DNA of 32,000 nt from Pseudoalteromonas translucida KMM 520 (lineage in GTDB: Bacteria > Pseudomonadota > Gammaproteobacteria > Enterobacterales > Alteromonadaceae), in the NCBI RefSeq assembly GCF_001465295.1, contig NZ_CP011034.1, forward strand, positions 1,680,001-1,712,000. The letters run 5' to 3'. The notes below the pieces were generated by a model, which worked only from the letters and a program-made list of their open reading frames with translations, had not been told where the DNA came from and searched no databases. The translations under genes were made by a program, and so were the position numbers. Shown piece after piece: positions 22,622 to 32,000 of this stretch (its first letter is position 1; each line of letters begins with the position of its first letter).

Positions 22622-25177
22622 ATGATAAACACATCTAAGCTGTGTAAGGTTACTATAGCGATAGGGCTCGCACTAGGAACTTCAGCACTATCAGTACAAG
22701 CAACAGAAACACAAAGTGCTGCAACAGTAAAAGCCACCGCCGTGGAAAAAATACAAATAATAGGTTCACGGGTGTCTAGTCGTACTTCTACAGAGTCAAC
22801 ATCGCCGATAGATATAATTGCATCAGAGACACTCAGTAAAGGCGGCTTTACTGAGTTAGGACAATCTTTACAAGCAACCGCCCCGTCGTTTAACTTTAGC
22901 CGAACACAAGTATCGGATGGTGCAGATTTATTTAGACCGGCTACATTACGTGGTATGCAACCAGATCAAACTCTCGTTTTAGTAAATGGAAAACGACGAC
23001 ATAACCAAGCCATATTTGGTATTTTTAATACCGTGGGTGGTGGTGCTGCGGGTACTGATATGAATGCTATTCCTTTAACAGCATTAAAAAATGTACAAGT
23101 GTTACGCGATGGCGCTGCGGCGCAATATGGCTCGGATGCGATTGCGGGCGTTATTAATTTGTCGTTAAAAGATACTACCGATGTGACTAGCGGTTTTATA
23201 CAAGCAGGCACAACTAAACAGGGAGATGGAGACACTTTAACGTTAGGTTTAAATACGGGGTTTGATTTAAGCAACGATGGCGGCTTTATTAATTTATCGT
23301 TAGAGTATCGTAATGCAGATGGTACCAATAGAGCGCAACGAGATACAGGGGGGTCGTCGAGTGTTGCACCGGGGACTTTATCGCAAAATGTGCGTTGGAA
23401 GCAAGGTAACGCCGATGCTGAATTTAAAACCCTATTTTATAATATGATGCTGCCAGTTGGGGAGTTAGAGCTATATTCATTTGGCGGTTACTCTAAGCGT
23501 ACCGCGCTGGGAAATGGCTTTTATCGTTATTTTAATGAAGCTGCGAAAAATGTACCTCAAGTATACCCTGATGGCTTTTTACCTCAAATTGATAATGAAT
23601 CAGAGGATAAGTCGATTGCGATAGGTGTTAAAGGCGATATTAGTAGCTTATGGGCTTTTGATGTGTCGGCTGTTTACGGCGAAAACGGTTATGATTTTTA
23701 TTCTGCAAATACCATAAATCCTTCTTATGCTGCTGAATATTTAACTAATAACCCATCGGCGACTGACAGTGAAATTGCCGCTAATGCGGGTAAAAAATCA
23801 GGGTATTCAGGTGGCTATCGCTTTGATCAATTAACATTTAACGCTGATGTATCGGGTGAGGTTGATGTTAATTTACGCAATGAGCTCTATGTTTCATTTG
23901 GCGTTGAATACAGAGAAGAAAACTACCAAATAGTTAATGGCGAGCAAGCATCTTATGCCTGTGGTGCCAGCAATCAAAACAGCCCATTTCCATCAGTGAT
24001 TGACCCTAACGTTTTTGCTACCTGTGGCTTTGAGGCATTTAATGGTATTAGCCCTGCAGCGGCACGTAAAGAGGGGCGCGATAGCTACGCTGTTTATATC
24101 GACGTTGAAAACCAGCTAAATAATAATTGGTTAGTGGGTGCAGCACTGCGTTATGAAGACTTTTCTAACTCGGGTGATGACCTTATTTGGAAGTTATCTT
24201 CGCGTTATGAAGTAACTAGCGACTTTTCGGTAAGAGGCAGTGTATCAACCGGTTTTAGAGCCCCGTCGTTACAACAAAGTGCATACACGGCATATACCAC
24301 TAATATAGGCGAAGGTGGTGAATTAGAAAGATCGTTCACTGCTAATGCAGGATCTGCGTTTCCACGTGCATTAGGGGTCGATGAACTTAAGTTAGAAACA
24401 TCAGAAAGTATTGGTCTAGGCTTTGTTTTTAATGCCAGCGATGAAGTATCTATTACCTTAGATGCATACCACACCGAAATAAAAGATCGTATCTCAGGCA
24501 CAGGTTTTTTAACCGCTGCCGATGTTGCCTTTAGCCCAGAGGCGAGCGAAGCGCTTGCTGCATCGGGTGCAGTGAGTGTTAATTACTTCTCAAATGCTGT
24601 TGATTTAACAACAAAAGGAGTTGATTTAATCGTCACTTATCAAACTACTGTAAACGAGGGTGAATTTGCAATTACGTTTGCCGGTAATATTAATGATACA
24701 GAAATAGATAGAGTGAATACCCGAGAAGGGATCCCCGCATCGGTTACTTTAGATAAAAATAATCGTGACTTTATTACCGACTCCCAGCCTAGTGAGCGAG
24801 CTACACTCTCGTTTGACTATGATAAAGGGCCATGGAGTACTCTGATCCGTGCCAATTATTTTGGTGAAACTGAAGTGTCATTATTTGGTGCGAATCATAT
24901 TAACTTGCCGGGTACGCTTTCACCCACGGGAGCATTTAAACCAACCAGCGTGGTTGAGGCCGCTACTTTAATAGATGTAAACGTGGATTATCAAGTGTCC
25001 AGTGCATTTACTATTAGTATGGGTGTTAATAACTTATTTGATGTTACACCTGATGAACTGGGAGATGATGAAGTGTTGCAATTTATTTCTCAACAGGCAT
25101 TTCGCTACCCATTACGTGCGGTTCCATATGGTTTTGACGGTATGAGTTATTACGCACGCGTGGGCTTTGTGTTTTAA
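22622..25177 (+). CDS. TonB-dependent outer-membrane receptor
   Basis: 851 aa. Signal peptide, plug domain motifs (VLVNGKR, IPLTALKNVQVLRDGAAAQYGSDAIAGVINL), and C-terminal ...YYARVGFVF ending in Phe. Confidence 0.9.
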   Translation: MINTSKLCKVTIAIGLALGTSALSVQATETQSAATVKATAVEKIQIIGSRVSSRTSTESTSPIDIIASETLSKGGFTELGQSLQATAPSFNFSRTQVSDGADLFRPATLRGMQPDQTLVLVNGKRRHNQAIFGIFNTVGGGAAGTDMNAIPLTALKNVQVLRDGAAAQYGSDAIAGVINLSLKDTTDVTSGFIQAGTTKQGDGDTLTLGLNTGFDLSNDGGFINLSLEYRNADGTNRAQRDTGGSSSVAPGTLSQNVRWKQGNADAEFKTLFYNMMLPVGELELYSFGGYSKRTALGNGFYRYFNEAAKNVPQVYPDGFLPQIDNESEDKSIAIGVKGDISSLWAFDVSAVYGENGYDFYSANTINPSYAAEYLTNNPSATDSEIAANAGKKSGYSGGYRFDQLTFNADVSGEVDVNLRNELYVSFGVEYREENYQIVNGEQASYACGASNQNSPFPSVIDPNVFATCGFEAFNGISPAAARKEGRDSYAVYIDVENQLNNNWLVGAALRYEDFSNSGDDLIWKLSSRYEVTSDFSVRGSVSTGFRAPSLQQSAYTAYTTNIGEGGELERSFTANAGSAFPRALGVDELKLETSESIGLGFVFNASDEVSITLDAYHTEIKDRISGTGFLTAADVAFSPEASEALAASGAVSVNYFSNAVDLTTKGVDLIVTYQTTVNEGEFAITFAGNINDTEIDRVNTREGIPASVTLDKNNRDFITDSQPSERATLSFDYDKGPWSTLIRANYFGETEVSLFGANHINLPGTLSPTGAFKPTSVVEAATLIDVNVDYQVSSAFTISMGVNNLFDVTPDELGDDEVLQFISQQAFRYPLRAVPYGFDGMSYYARVGFVF

Positions 25178-25254
25178 TTAGTTGTTCTTGTTTTAGCTGG
25201 GGCACTGTAAGTGCCTCAAATATTATAAATATAAATTAACGGCAGAAGTACTAA

Positions 25255-26196
25255 ATGAAAAGCAAAATGAAAAAACTATTGTTTATTTTTAGCTATGCAC
25301 TTTCGTGCATGTTTATTAATGCAACGGCGGCTGAAAATGAGCCGTATCTTTATATTCTGGGTGTAACACAAGATGCAGGATACCCGCAAACAGGCTGTTA
25401 TGAGCAACATTGTATGCCAGGCTGGGAAAATCCACTGTTAAAACGCGGAGCGGTGTCATTGGGAGTAATTGACCCAAAAAATAACAAAAAATACATGTTT
25501 GAAGCAACGCCTAACTTTCCAGAGCAACTTTATCAACTTGAGCGAGTTGCGCCTTCTTCGCGTTACAACCTTGCAGGCATTTTTATTACTCACGCCCATA
25601 TTGGCCATTATACGGGGTTAATGTTTTTGGGACACGAAGCGGCAGGCACCAGTAATACGCCTGTGTACGCAATGCCTAAAATGACCCAGTTTTTAAAGGG
25701 AAATGGCCCTTGGGAGCAATTAGTTAAATATAAAAACATTCAGCTAATGCCATTACAACACAATCAACCAGAAGTGCTTGGCCAAATAACAGTAACTCCA
25801 TTTTTAGTACCGCATCGCGATGAGTATTCAGAAACTGTGGGCTACATAATAAAAGGGCCAAATAAGTCAGCATTATTTATCCCTGATATTAATAAATGGC
25901 CACAATGGGATACAAGGCTGGTGGATGCAATTAAAGCAGTAGACTACGCACTCATTGATGCAGCCTTTTATGATGATGGTGAGTTACCAGGAAGAGATAT
26001 GTCTAAAATTCCTCATCCATTTGTTGCAGAAACAATGACAGAGCTAAAAGATATAGGCGACACAGAAAAAAATAAAGTGTGGTTTATTCATATGAATCAC
26101 AGTAACCCATTACTTAATTTAGAGAGTAAAGAAAGCCAATTAGTAAAGTCGCGTGGATACAATATCGCTGTTGAAGGGCTAAAGCTTGCTTTATAG
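25255..26196 (+). CDS. secreted MBL-fold metallo-hydrolase (PqqB-like)
   Basis: 313 aa with signal peptide. THAHIGHYTG metallo-beta-lactamase motif. Confidence 0.75.
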   Translation: MKSKMKKLLFIFSYALSCMFINATAAENEPYLYILGVTQDAGYPQTGCYEQHCMPGWENPLLKRGAVSLGVIDPKNNKKYMFEATPNFPEQLYQLERVAPSSRYNLAGIFITHAHIGHYTGLMFLGHEAAGTSNTPVYAMPKMTQFLKGNGPWEQLVKYKNIQLMPLQHNQPEVLGQITVTPFLVPHRDEYSETVGYIIKGPNKSALFIPDINKWPQWDTRLVDAIKAVDYALIDAAFYDDGELPGRDMSKIPHPFVAETMTELKDIGDTEKNKVWFIHMNHSNPLLNLESKESQLVKSRGYNIAVEGLKLAL

Positions 26197-26264
26197 CACT
26201 TATAAAATTATTAATTAAATTAGCGATACAAAACAGAGTATAACTATTATTAGTTGCTACTTAT

Positions 26265-26295
26265 ACGGCCCTTCAGTTAACAGTAAAAGGGCCGT
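26265..26295 (+). terminator. hairpin terminator candidate
   Basis: ACGGCCCTT-N13-AAGGGCCGT followed by TTTAT. The T-tract is weak. Confidence 0.4.
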
Positions 26296-26752
26296 TTATA
26301 TAAATTAGCAGAAGAAAATCTGTGAGCAGAGCGAGGTGATGTCGCGGGGGGAATCTGTTTTACCCTTGTTTTTGAATATACTTCGTGATGATTTCAGCAC
26401 TTGCATTCCCAACCAACAAAGCAAACGAAATAACAGTCTGACCAAAAAGCCTTTTCGTTCCAAAGCTTTAAATACAAGAGGCCAAAATAAAATTTAGCCA
26501 CAATCTTAGAGGTGTTTTCTTACTTAATTATGCCTAACAGAAAATTTCACTCCAATCTTGGGCTGCATGTGAGTGTGGTTGCCGTCTATCTCTCTTTCTT
26601 CAACGTCAAAATCTGATCTATGCGAAATATCTAAATCTTCCTTTTATAAACGTATCTAATTTTCTTTTAATAACGGTTTTCTATATTTAACGGCTAATGC
26701 ATGATAATAAGGGACAGGCATAAAAAATTGGTAATTTCCTCGCTTTGAACTA

Positions 26753-26768
26753 CTGTTTATATATACAT
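26753..26768. promoter_or_regulatory. LexA-box-like sequence upstream of the Y1 transposase
   Basis: CTGTTTATATATACAT is CTGT-N8-ACAT, one mismatch from CTGT-N8-ACAG. It lies about 20 nt upstream of the ATG. Confidence 0.3.
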
Positions 26769-26788
26769 GTAAAGCAGGAGTGTTAAAC

Positions 26789-27787
26789 ATGACCCGCGCT
26801 AGAAAGTCACTCATAGATTTATCGGCAACACCTTATTACCACCTAATAGCGCGCTGTGTTCGCCGTGCTTTTTTGTGCGGCAATGATAAATACTCAGGCA
26901 AAAACTTTGACCACCGTAGGGAATGGCTTGTTAAGCGGATGAAATTACTGAGCGATGTATTTGCTATTGATATAGCAGCTTACGCTATTATGAGTAATCA
27001 CTATCATATAGTGGTTAAAGTAAATAAAAACAAAGCACTTGATTGGTCTGTTGACGAGGTTATAAGGCGTTGGTATAAGTTATACAAACGAGGAGACCCT
27101 TTGGTTGAACGCTTTTTAAATAGCGAGAAATTAAATGAGGCTAGCTTGCATATTTTTAGTGGAATAATAGCAACATGGCGAGCACGACTTTATGATATTA
27201 GCTGGTATATCAAAAACCTTAATGAGTATATTGCCAGGCAAGCAAATAAAGAAGATAACTGCACTGGAAAATACTGGGAAGGGCGTTATAAATCCCAAGC
27301 ACTATTAGATGATAAGGCCATTTTAAGTTGTATGGCGTATGTTGATTTAAATCCAATTAGAGCGAAAATAGCTACAGAACTTAAAAATAGTGATTTCACA
27401 TCAATTCAAGAGCGCATTCATAATTATAAAAACACGCCAAAAAATAGTAAGCAATCTATACAAAAAACAGAACTGTTTGAGCATAAAAGTCAACCAATGC
27501 AATTACTTAAATTGGGGAGTAATGCAGATCCAGACACGATCCCATTTAGGTTAATAGACTATTTAGAGTTAGTAAGTTGGAGTAGCCGTAGCTTTACTTG
27601 CGATAAACAAGGAGAAGTAAGTGAAAATGTACTCAATATATTAGCCAAATTAAATATAGAAGAGGCTGAGTGGCTAAACGCAATTCAGCATTTTCGTAGA
27701 CAATATGCAAACTTTGCAGGGAGTAAAGTAAGGTTAATGAATTTAGCTGCGCAGAACCAAGCCAAGTGGTACAAAGGTGTTGGTTAA
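26789..27787 (+). CDS. Y1 HUH transposase (RayT / IS200-like, COG1943-type)
   Basis: Start at ATG 26789 with AGGAG 8 nt upstream (the track starts at GTG 26780). HUH motif SNHYHIVV and catalytic-Tyr helix YVDLNPIRAKIA. Confidence 0.8.
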   Translation: MTRARKSLIDLSATPYYHLIARCVRRAFLCGNDKYSGKNFDHRREWLVKRMKLLSDVFAIDIAAYAIMSNHYHIVVKVNKNKALDWSVDEVIRRWYKLYKRGDPLVERFLNSEKLNEASLHIFSGIIATWRARLYDISWYIKNLNEYIARQANKEDNCTGKYWEGRYKSQALLDDKAILSCMAYVDLNPIRAKIATELKNSDFTSIQERIHNYKNTPKNSKQSIQKTELFEHKSQPMQLLKLGSNADPDTIPFRLIDYLELVSWSSRSFTCDKQGEVSENVLNILAKLNIEEAEWLNAIQHFRRQYANFAGSKVRLMNLAAQNQAKWYKGVG

Positions 27788-28209
27788 TGTGTAAGTTATT
27801 TAATGCAGAGTAAATACGATCACCCGCTGTTTTTTTGTTCTAACCAGTAAAATTTACTCTTATTGTTTTGGCGGAAGTAAGCAGTTGGTGTGATTACTTA
27901 AATAAATAACTAAATAACTAAATAACAATGGCTTGAGGTCATTCAAAATATTGTGCCAGTTTAAGTTAGCAAATATCCAGCAGGTGAGGGATAAGCCTCT
28001 TACTCTCGTTATCCCCCTAAAATCGAATAAACTTCAAACCAGAAAGTAATACGCTCGAGTAAATAATAAATATACTCGCATTTGCTTTTTAATAGTATTT
28101 ATATGCCTGTCCCATATTAAAGATTCCATATTAAAAATTTTTAAAGTTAAAATAAACACTCTGCTTTTGAGCGAGTGTTTATTTGTTTTTATAGTTTGGA
28201 TAACGTGCT

Positions 28210-28797
28210 TTAAAAGTTTTCGAGCTTTTCAGCGGCTATTGCTGCGTTATTTATTACTCCAAGCTCTTGAAATTTAATGCGTCCTTGTTCGTCTAAACCT
28301 GTCATTAAGTTGGAGTGGTTTACTTCATTGTTGTCTATGTTTTGAAACTTTATATTTAATACCATGGCTAAACTACGAACGTCTTGTAGTGTGCCGGTTA
28401 ATAAACTCCAGTTTTGTAAATTTAACTTTCGACTTTGTGCAAATTCTTTTAGGGCTGCAGGTGTATCTGTGTCTGGAGTTAACGATACTAAAATAAAGCC
28501 TACGTCTTGTTTTTCAGTTTCACTCAGCTTATTTTCAATGGCTTGCATGGTAGAAACAATAGTAGGGCAGGTATGTAAGCAGTGTGTGTAAATAAGGCTT
28601 ATGACTTGTTTTTTACCGCTAAAGCTACTTAAAGTACGTTTATTAGCGTCTTGATCTAACCATGTACTGTTAAGCTGATAAACAGAGTCTTGTGGTATGT
28701 TTTGCGAGTAAGCGTATGAGCTGGCAAGCATGCAGATCAGCCCTAATATTTTAAGTGTTATATTATTAGAAATTATAGCTGGGTTATATTTTATCAT
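28210..28797 (-). CDS. SCO1/SenC-family copper chaperone (thioredoxin fold)
   Basis: CxxxC motif in YTHCLHTCP plus a later conserved H. Start chosen at ATG 28797 (MIKYNP..) with AAGGA upstream, just after the nirV stop. The track start 28821 overlaps nirV. Confidence 0.8.
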   Translation of the reverse strand: MIKYNPAIISNNITLKILGLICMLASSYAYSQNIPQDSVYQLNSTWLDQDANKRTLSSFSGKKQVISLIYTHCLHTCPTIVSTMQAIENKLSETEKQDVGFILVSLTPDTDTPAALKEFAQSRKLNLQNWSLLTGTLQDVRSLAMVLNIKFQNIDNNEVNHSNLMTGLDEQGRIKFQELGVINNAAIAAEKLENF

Positions 28798-28801
28798 TTG
28801 T

Positions 28802-29560
28802 TTATTCCTTTGATTTCGCACAGCGAAACCCTAAATTAGGTAAAGTATATTTGGCCTGCAAACTAGAGCGAAAGCCAAAGCGCATAAATGCGGCATAATC
28901 ACTGGGATCAGCAGCGCCTTGCGCTCCTGCGGCGCAAAATAATTTTTGATTTATATCACTATCACCACGAGATTCGCCGCTGACCAAAGCGGAGTTAAAA
29001 TCCTCTGTCCATTCCCAAATTAAGCCGTGTAGGTCTTGTGCTCCCCAATAGTTTGCTGGATTAGTACCAACCTCAGGGAGTTGTTTGCTACTAGGGCGGC
29101 TATACCATTGTAAAATACGTTGGTTATAACTTTTCTCTAGGCTGCCATTGGGCTGAGTTGCACTGGCACTGGCAACACGCTCCCACTGAGCAACCGTGGG
29201 TAAGCTTTTATTAAGTGACTGGCAATAAGCTTGGGCTGCAAACCACGACACGTTAACTACAGGGCTGTTTAATTGCCCCTGTGATGGCTGCTTTGCTGTT
29301 TGATTTTGTTGCCAATGTTGTAAATATTGAGCTTCTGCAAATATGCTAGGTATTTGCTGTGGCTGCCAACGTGGATTGTTTGTTACAAACTTTAAATATT
29401 GCGCGTTAGTCACAGGTGTAATATCTATGCTAAAAGCGCCCACAAATGTTTGTGGGCTGTTTTTATTCATATAAAGTGGCCTGTAGTTACCTGCGGGCAG
29501 CGCTACCATTTTAGGTGGCTCTGCCAGTGCCAATGACATCATTAATAAAGAAAAAATCAT
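28802..29560 (-). CDS. nirV: formylglycine-generating-enzyme (SUMF1/DUF323) family protein, NirV-like
   Basis: FGE-sulfatase-like motifs (PVVNVSWFAAQAYC, GLIWEWTED, GFRCA). Start at ATG 29560, 1 nt after the nirK stop, gives a signal peptide MIFSLLMMSLALA. Located downstream of nirK. Confidence 0.75.
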   Translation of the reverse strand: MIFSLLMMSLALAEPPKMVALPAGNYRPLYMNKNSPQTFVGAFSIDITPVTNAQYLKFVTNNPRWQPQQIPSIFAEAQYLQHWQQNQTAKQPSQGQLNSPVVNVSWFAAQAYCQSLNKSLPTVAQWERVASASATQPNGSLEKSYNQRILQWYSRPSSKQLPEVGTNPANYWGAQDLHGLIWEWTEDFNSALVSGESRGDSDINQKLFCAAGAQGAADPSDYAAFMRFGFRSSLQAKYTLPNLGFRCAKSKE

Positions 29561-29561
29561 G

Positions 29562-30965
29562 TTACTTGCGCTGCTTAGCAACTTGTTCAGCAGAGATTTT
29601 TCCGCCGGCGTTATCCCAGTTATTTAGTACAAAGGTAATAACATTGGCAATATCTTCGTCATTTAGGTTCATTGCTGGCATTACGCCGTTGTAGTTAACG
29701 TTATTAACTTTAATCGGACCCGATAAGCCTTTAATAATCGCATTAACACCTAAAAGTGGGTTGTTGTTCAAATAATCAGACTTTGCTAAAGGCGGGAATG
29801 CTCCGGGAATACCTTCGCCATTAGCTTGATGGCAAGCCATGCAGTTAGCTTCATAAATACGTTGACCGAATCGTATTTGTTCATTTTTATTGTTGGCTGT
29901 TATTTTGGTAAAAGTATTATCTAACGACTGTATTGCTGAGCCTTCTGGTAAATATACGTTTTCAGCTGTTTTGCCTGTAAAAATAGAATGGTCGTCAGGG
30001 CCTTCTACTTTTAGCATTGCTAGCGCGCCTTTGTTAAATGCTCTAAAAATAGAATGATCGACCAAAATAAAAGTACCCGGTACTTCTACTTTAAATTCAA
30101 CAATGGCAGCGCCGCCAGCGGGGATCAATGTGGTTTGTACGTTGTGATTTTTTAAACTGCCGCCTTCTACATAAACGGTATCAAAAATTTCGCCTATTAC
30201 ATGAAAAGATGAAACCAAATTAGGGCCACCATTGCCAATATATAACCGAACTGTTTCACCTACCTTAGCGATTAAAGAATTTTCATCTGTGGTACTGCCT
30301 ACTGAGCCATTAAATACTACGTAGTCTGCGTCTTCATCAATTGCTTTTGCCATATCAAAAGGTTGCAAGCCAGCTTCACCAAATTCACCTTTAGTATAAA
30401 AATCCCCTTGTACTAAATAATACTCACGGTCTACAGGCGCAAGGCCTTCTTTTGGTTCAACTAAAATTAAGCCATACATGCCATTGGCTATGTGCATACC
30501 AACAGGAGCAGTGGCGCAATGGTAAATATAAAGCCCTGGGTTAAGTGCTTTAAAATTAAATGTAGAAGTGTGCCCTGGGGCTGTAAATGACGACTCCGCG
30601 CCACCACCAGGGCCTGTTACTGCATGTAGGTCAATATTGTGCGGCATTTTTGAACTAGGGTGATTTGAGAGGTTAAACTCTATTTCATCTCCTTCTCTAA
30701 CTCTAATAAAGCTCCCTGGTACGGTTTCACCAAATGACCAAAATACATATTCAACGCCATCGGCAATTCTGCCTACTTGTTCTCTTGTTTCTAGGTTGAT
30801 AACTACTTTTGCACTGTGATCTCTATTAATGGCGGGTGGCACCATAGGAGGAGGCGTTAGTATTGCTTGTTCAGTTTTTAAATTACTGGCAGCAAGTAGG
30901 TTACCACTAAATAAAATAGCTAATAGAGGGAGCCATAGAGTGTGCTTATTAGGTTGTATTTTCAT
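29562..30965 (-). CDS. nirK: copper-containing nitrite reductase with C-terminal cytochrome c domain
   Basis: 467 aa. Signal peptide, cupredoxin Cu-ligand motifs ([28 protein letters not shown]), and C-terminal CMACH heme-c motif. Confidence 0.9.
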   Translation of the reverse strand: MKIQPNKHTLWLPLLAILFSGNLLAASNLKTEQAILTPPPMVPPAINRDHSAKVVINLETREQVGRIADGVEYVFWSFGETVPGSFIRVREGDEIEFNLSNHPSSKMPHNIDLHAVTGPGGGAESSFTAPGHTSTFNFKALNPGLYIYHCATAPVGMHIANGMYGLILVEPKEGLAPVDREYYLVQGDFYTKGEFGEAGLQPFDMAKAIDEDADYVVFNGSVGSTTDENSLIAKVGETVRLYIGNGGPNLVSSFHVIGEIFDTVYVEGGSLKNHNVQTTLIPAGGAAIVEFKVEVPGTFILVDHSIFRAFNKGALAMLKVEGPDDHSIFTGKTAENVYLPEGSAIQSLDNTFTKITANNKNEQIRFGQRIYEANCMACHQANGEGIPGAFPPLAKSDYLNNNPLLGVNAIIKGLSGPIKVNNVNYNGVMPAMNLNDEDIANVITFVLNNWDNAGGKISAEQVAKQRK

Positions 30966-31025
30966 TTTATATTTTCCATTATAAATGACGATTAACTTAG
31001 TATTGCGCTTAAGTGCAAAAATGTA

Positions 31026-31039
31026 TTGATGCAGATCAA
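31026..31039. promoter_or_regulatory. FNR/Dnr/NnrR-type box upstream of nirK
   Basis: TTGATGCAGATCAA is a perfect TTGAT-N4-ATCAA, centred about 67 nt upstream of the nirK ATG. Confidence 0.65.
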
Positions 31040-31216
31040 TTAACTGCCGATGAACAAAAGTTTAGTACTGATCAGCAATGTTAACGAGTTTGATTTTAGG
31101 CCTACAGTTTGTTTTTATTGAGGTATAGATTTTTATCAGTCAGTTAGCGATTTATTGTTGTAAGCATACTGTTAACTTTCTTTGGAAACGATATAATAAA
31201 GTTAATATCAATAAGG

Positions 31217-31696
31217 ATGATGATGACAAATCAAGTAGAGGTTTCGGCCAAAAATGGAATGCATTTTAAGTTTTATAGTGATGACGTAGAAGTTACCTAT
31301 TACTGCTCGCCCGTATCGGGAAAAGAAGTTGTAAAAGTTAACGGTGAGATAGTTAGCGAAGCACAAAACTTTAAGTTTAGCTCTACTCATCAGTTTGAAG
31401 TAAATGGCAACCCAGCCAAAATTAGGTTAAATGCCCACGGTTTAACTAAAAGCGTAACACTTTGTGAGTTTTTTGTGGCTGATGAATTAGTTAAAGCTTA
31501 TAAACTTACTTACGGTACCAAAGGTAAAGTTCCGCTTATGGCTCAGCTTGTTATTAGTGTTATTGCCGCTGCAGTGGGTTGGTTTTTTGCAGCACAGCTT
31601 TTATCATCTTGGTTAGCTTTTGCAATAGTGATAGCACTTTTAGGATTAGCACTGTTTAAATTTGAAAAACCAAACTGGGAGTGCGAAGAGCTTTAG
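31217..31696 (+). CDS. hypothetical membrane protein (two C-terminal TM helices)
   Basis: 159-aa ORF with triple ATG start after AAGGA (true start may be 31220/31223). Followed by a terminator. Confidence 0.55.
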   Translation: MMMTNQVEVSAKNGMHFKFYSDDVEVTYYCSPVSGKEVVKVNGEIVSEAQNFKFSSTHQFEVNGNPAKIRLNAHGLTKSVTLCEFFVADELVKAYKLTYGTKGKVPLMAQLVISVIAAAVGWFFAAQLLSSWLAFAIVIALLGLALFKFEKPNWECEEL

Positions 31697-31746
31697 TAAC
31701 GCATTTATAAAATTTTAAATTACCTACATTATATTCCGTATTTTTA

Positions 31747-31778
31747 ACACTGTAGCTAGCCCTAGCTGCAGTGTTTTT
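31747..31778 (+). terminator. rho-independent terminator
   Basis: ACACTGTAGCTA-GCCC-TAGCTGCAGTGT stem (one G-T pair) followed by TTTTT. Confidence 0.7.
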
Positions 31779-31891
31779 ATTTAATAAAGTTAACAAAATT
31801 TATTGCTCATTTACCTATTCGAGTAGTAGTATAGCCGACCTTTTTAGCTCAGTAACTGAGCTAAATACTACTATAAAAATTTAGGTTATTA

Positions 31892-32000
31892 ATGAAGTTA
31901 TGTATTTTCGGTTTTTTATTTGCGTTTAGTGTCTGTTTTAGTTCCCTTGCTTTAGCGCAAACTACGCAAGAGTATAGTGCTGTGCAAAATGTTTCAGCAG
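31892..32000 (+). CDS. hypothetical secreted protein, N-terminal 36 aa only (runs off window)
   Basis: ATG 31892 gives MKLCIFGFLFAFSVCFSSLALAQT..., a signal-peptide-like start. The frame is open to the window end. Confidence 0.4.
   Translation, partial: MKLCIFGFLFAFSVCFSSLALAQTTQEYSAVQNVSA

Larger units (their letters stand above)
26711..28113 (+). mobile_element. Y1/HUH transposase unit bracketed by inverted 12-bp repeats (REPtron- or IS200/IS605-like)
   Basis: GGGACAGGCATA at 26711-26722 and its exact complement TATGCCTGTCCC at 28102-28113 flank the single transposase gene. An additional hairpin GGGATAA..TTATCCC lies near 27990-28017. Confidence 0.55.

Noticed and set aside
27903-27927. 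AAATAACT x3 micro-tandem repeat
   Set aside because: A short, AT-rich, low-complexity repeat in non-coding DNA. It is too small to interpret and is noted only as part of the Y1 element's downstream region.

Overview
This window looks like marine gammaproteobacterial chromosome; a Pseudoalteromonas-like origin is my inference from AT-rich codon usage and a cytochrome-c-fused NirK.

**Left flank (1-5.7 kb).** A valine/isobutyrate catabolism operon: mmsA 3' part, acyl-CoA dehydrogenase, enoyl-CoA hydratase, 3-hydroxyisobutyryl-CoA hydrolase, mmsB and an SDR.

**Accessory region (about 5.76-15.98 kb).** This is a chromosomal integron.
- It has a divergently oriented integron integrase with a perfect LexA box in front of it, and an attI region containing a 24-bp palindrome.
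- The cassette array carries VCR-like attC sites with 5' arm TAACAACACGCCCTGAGGTGGAC and 3' arm ...CTTAGCAAGGCGTTRRR.
- Cassettes encode a 232-aa unknown protein, an unknown 347-aa protein, an ABC-type ATPase translationally coupled to a DUF4435/TOPRIM-like protein (PARIS AriA/AriB-like, a candidate anti-phage system), a secreted YHYH/peptidoglycan-binding protein, and a HigB(frameshifted)/HigA toxin-antitoxin pair.
- The array is heavily remodelled. Four IS110-family insertions (one intact, three truncated, at least three sequence variants) all sit at exactly the same nucleotide of attC 5' arms.
- A 146-bp MITE sits in an attC core, and a REP-like hairpin sits inside one IS remnant.

**Right side (16-32 kb).**
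- metR-like regulator, TauE/SafE exporter, and a core-MetE (MesD-like) plus DUF1852 (MesX-like) methionine synthase pair.
- A small membrane protein and a CHMI-like tautomerase.
- An orphan attC 3' arm.
- A TonB-dependent receptor and an MBL-fold hydrolase.
- A Y1/HUH (RayT/IS200-like) transposase flanked by inverted copies of the same REP motif.
- A nirK(cyt c fusion)-nirV-sco operon with a perfect FNR-type box.

No rRNA, tRNA or CRISPR array was recognised.
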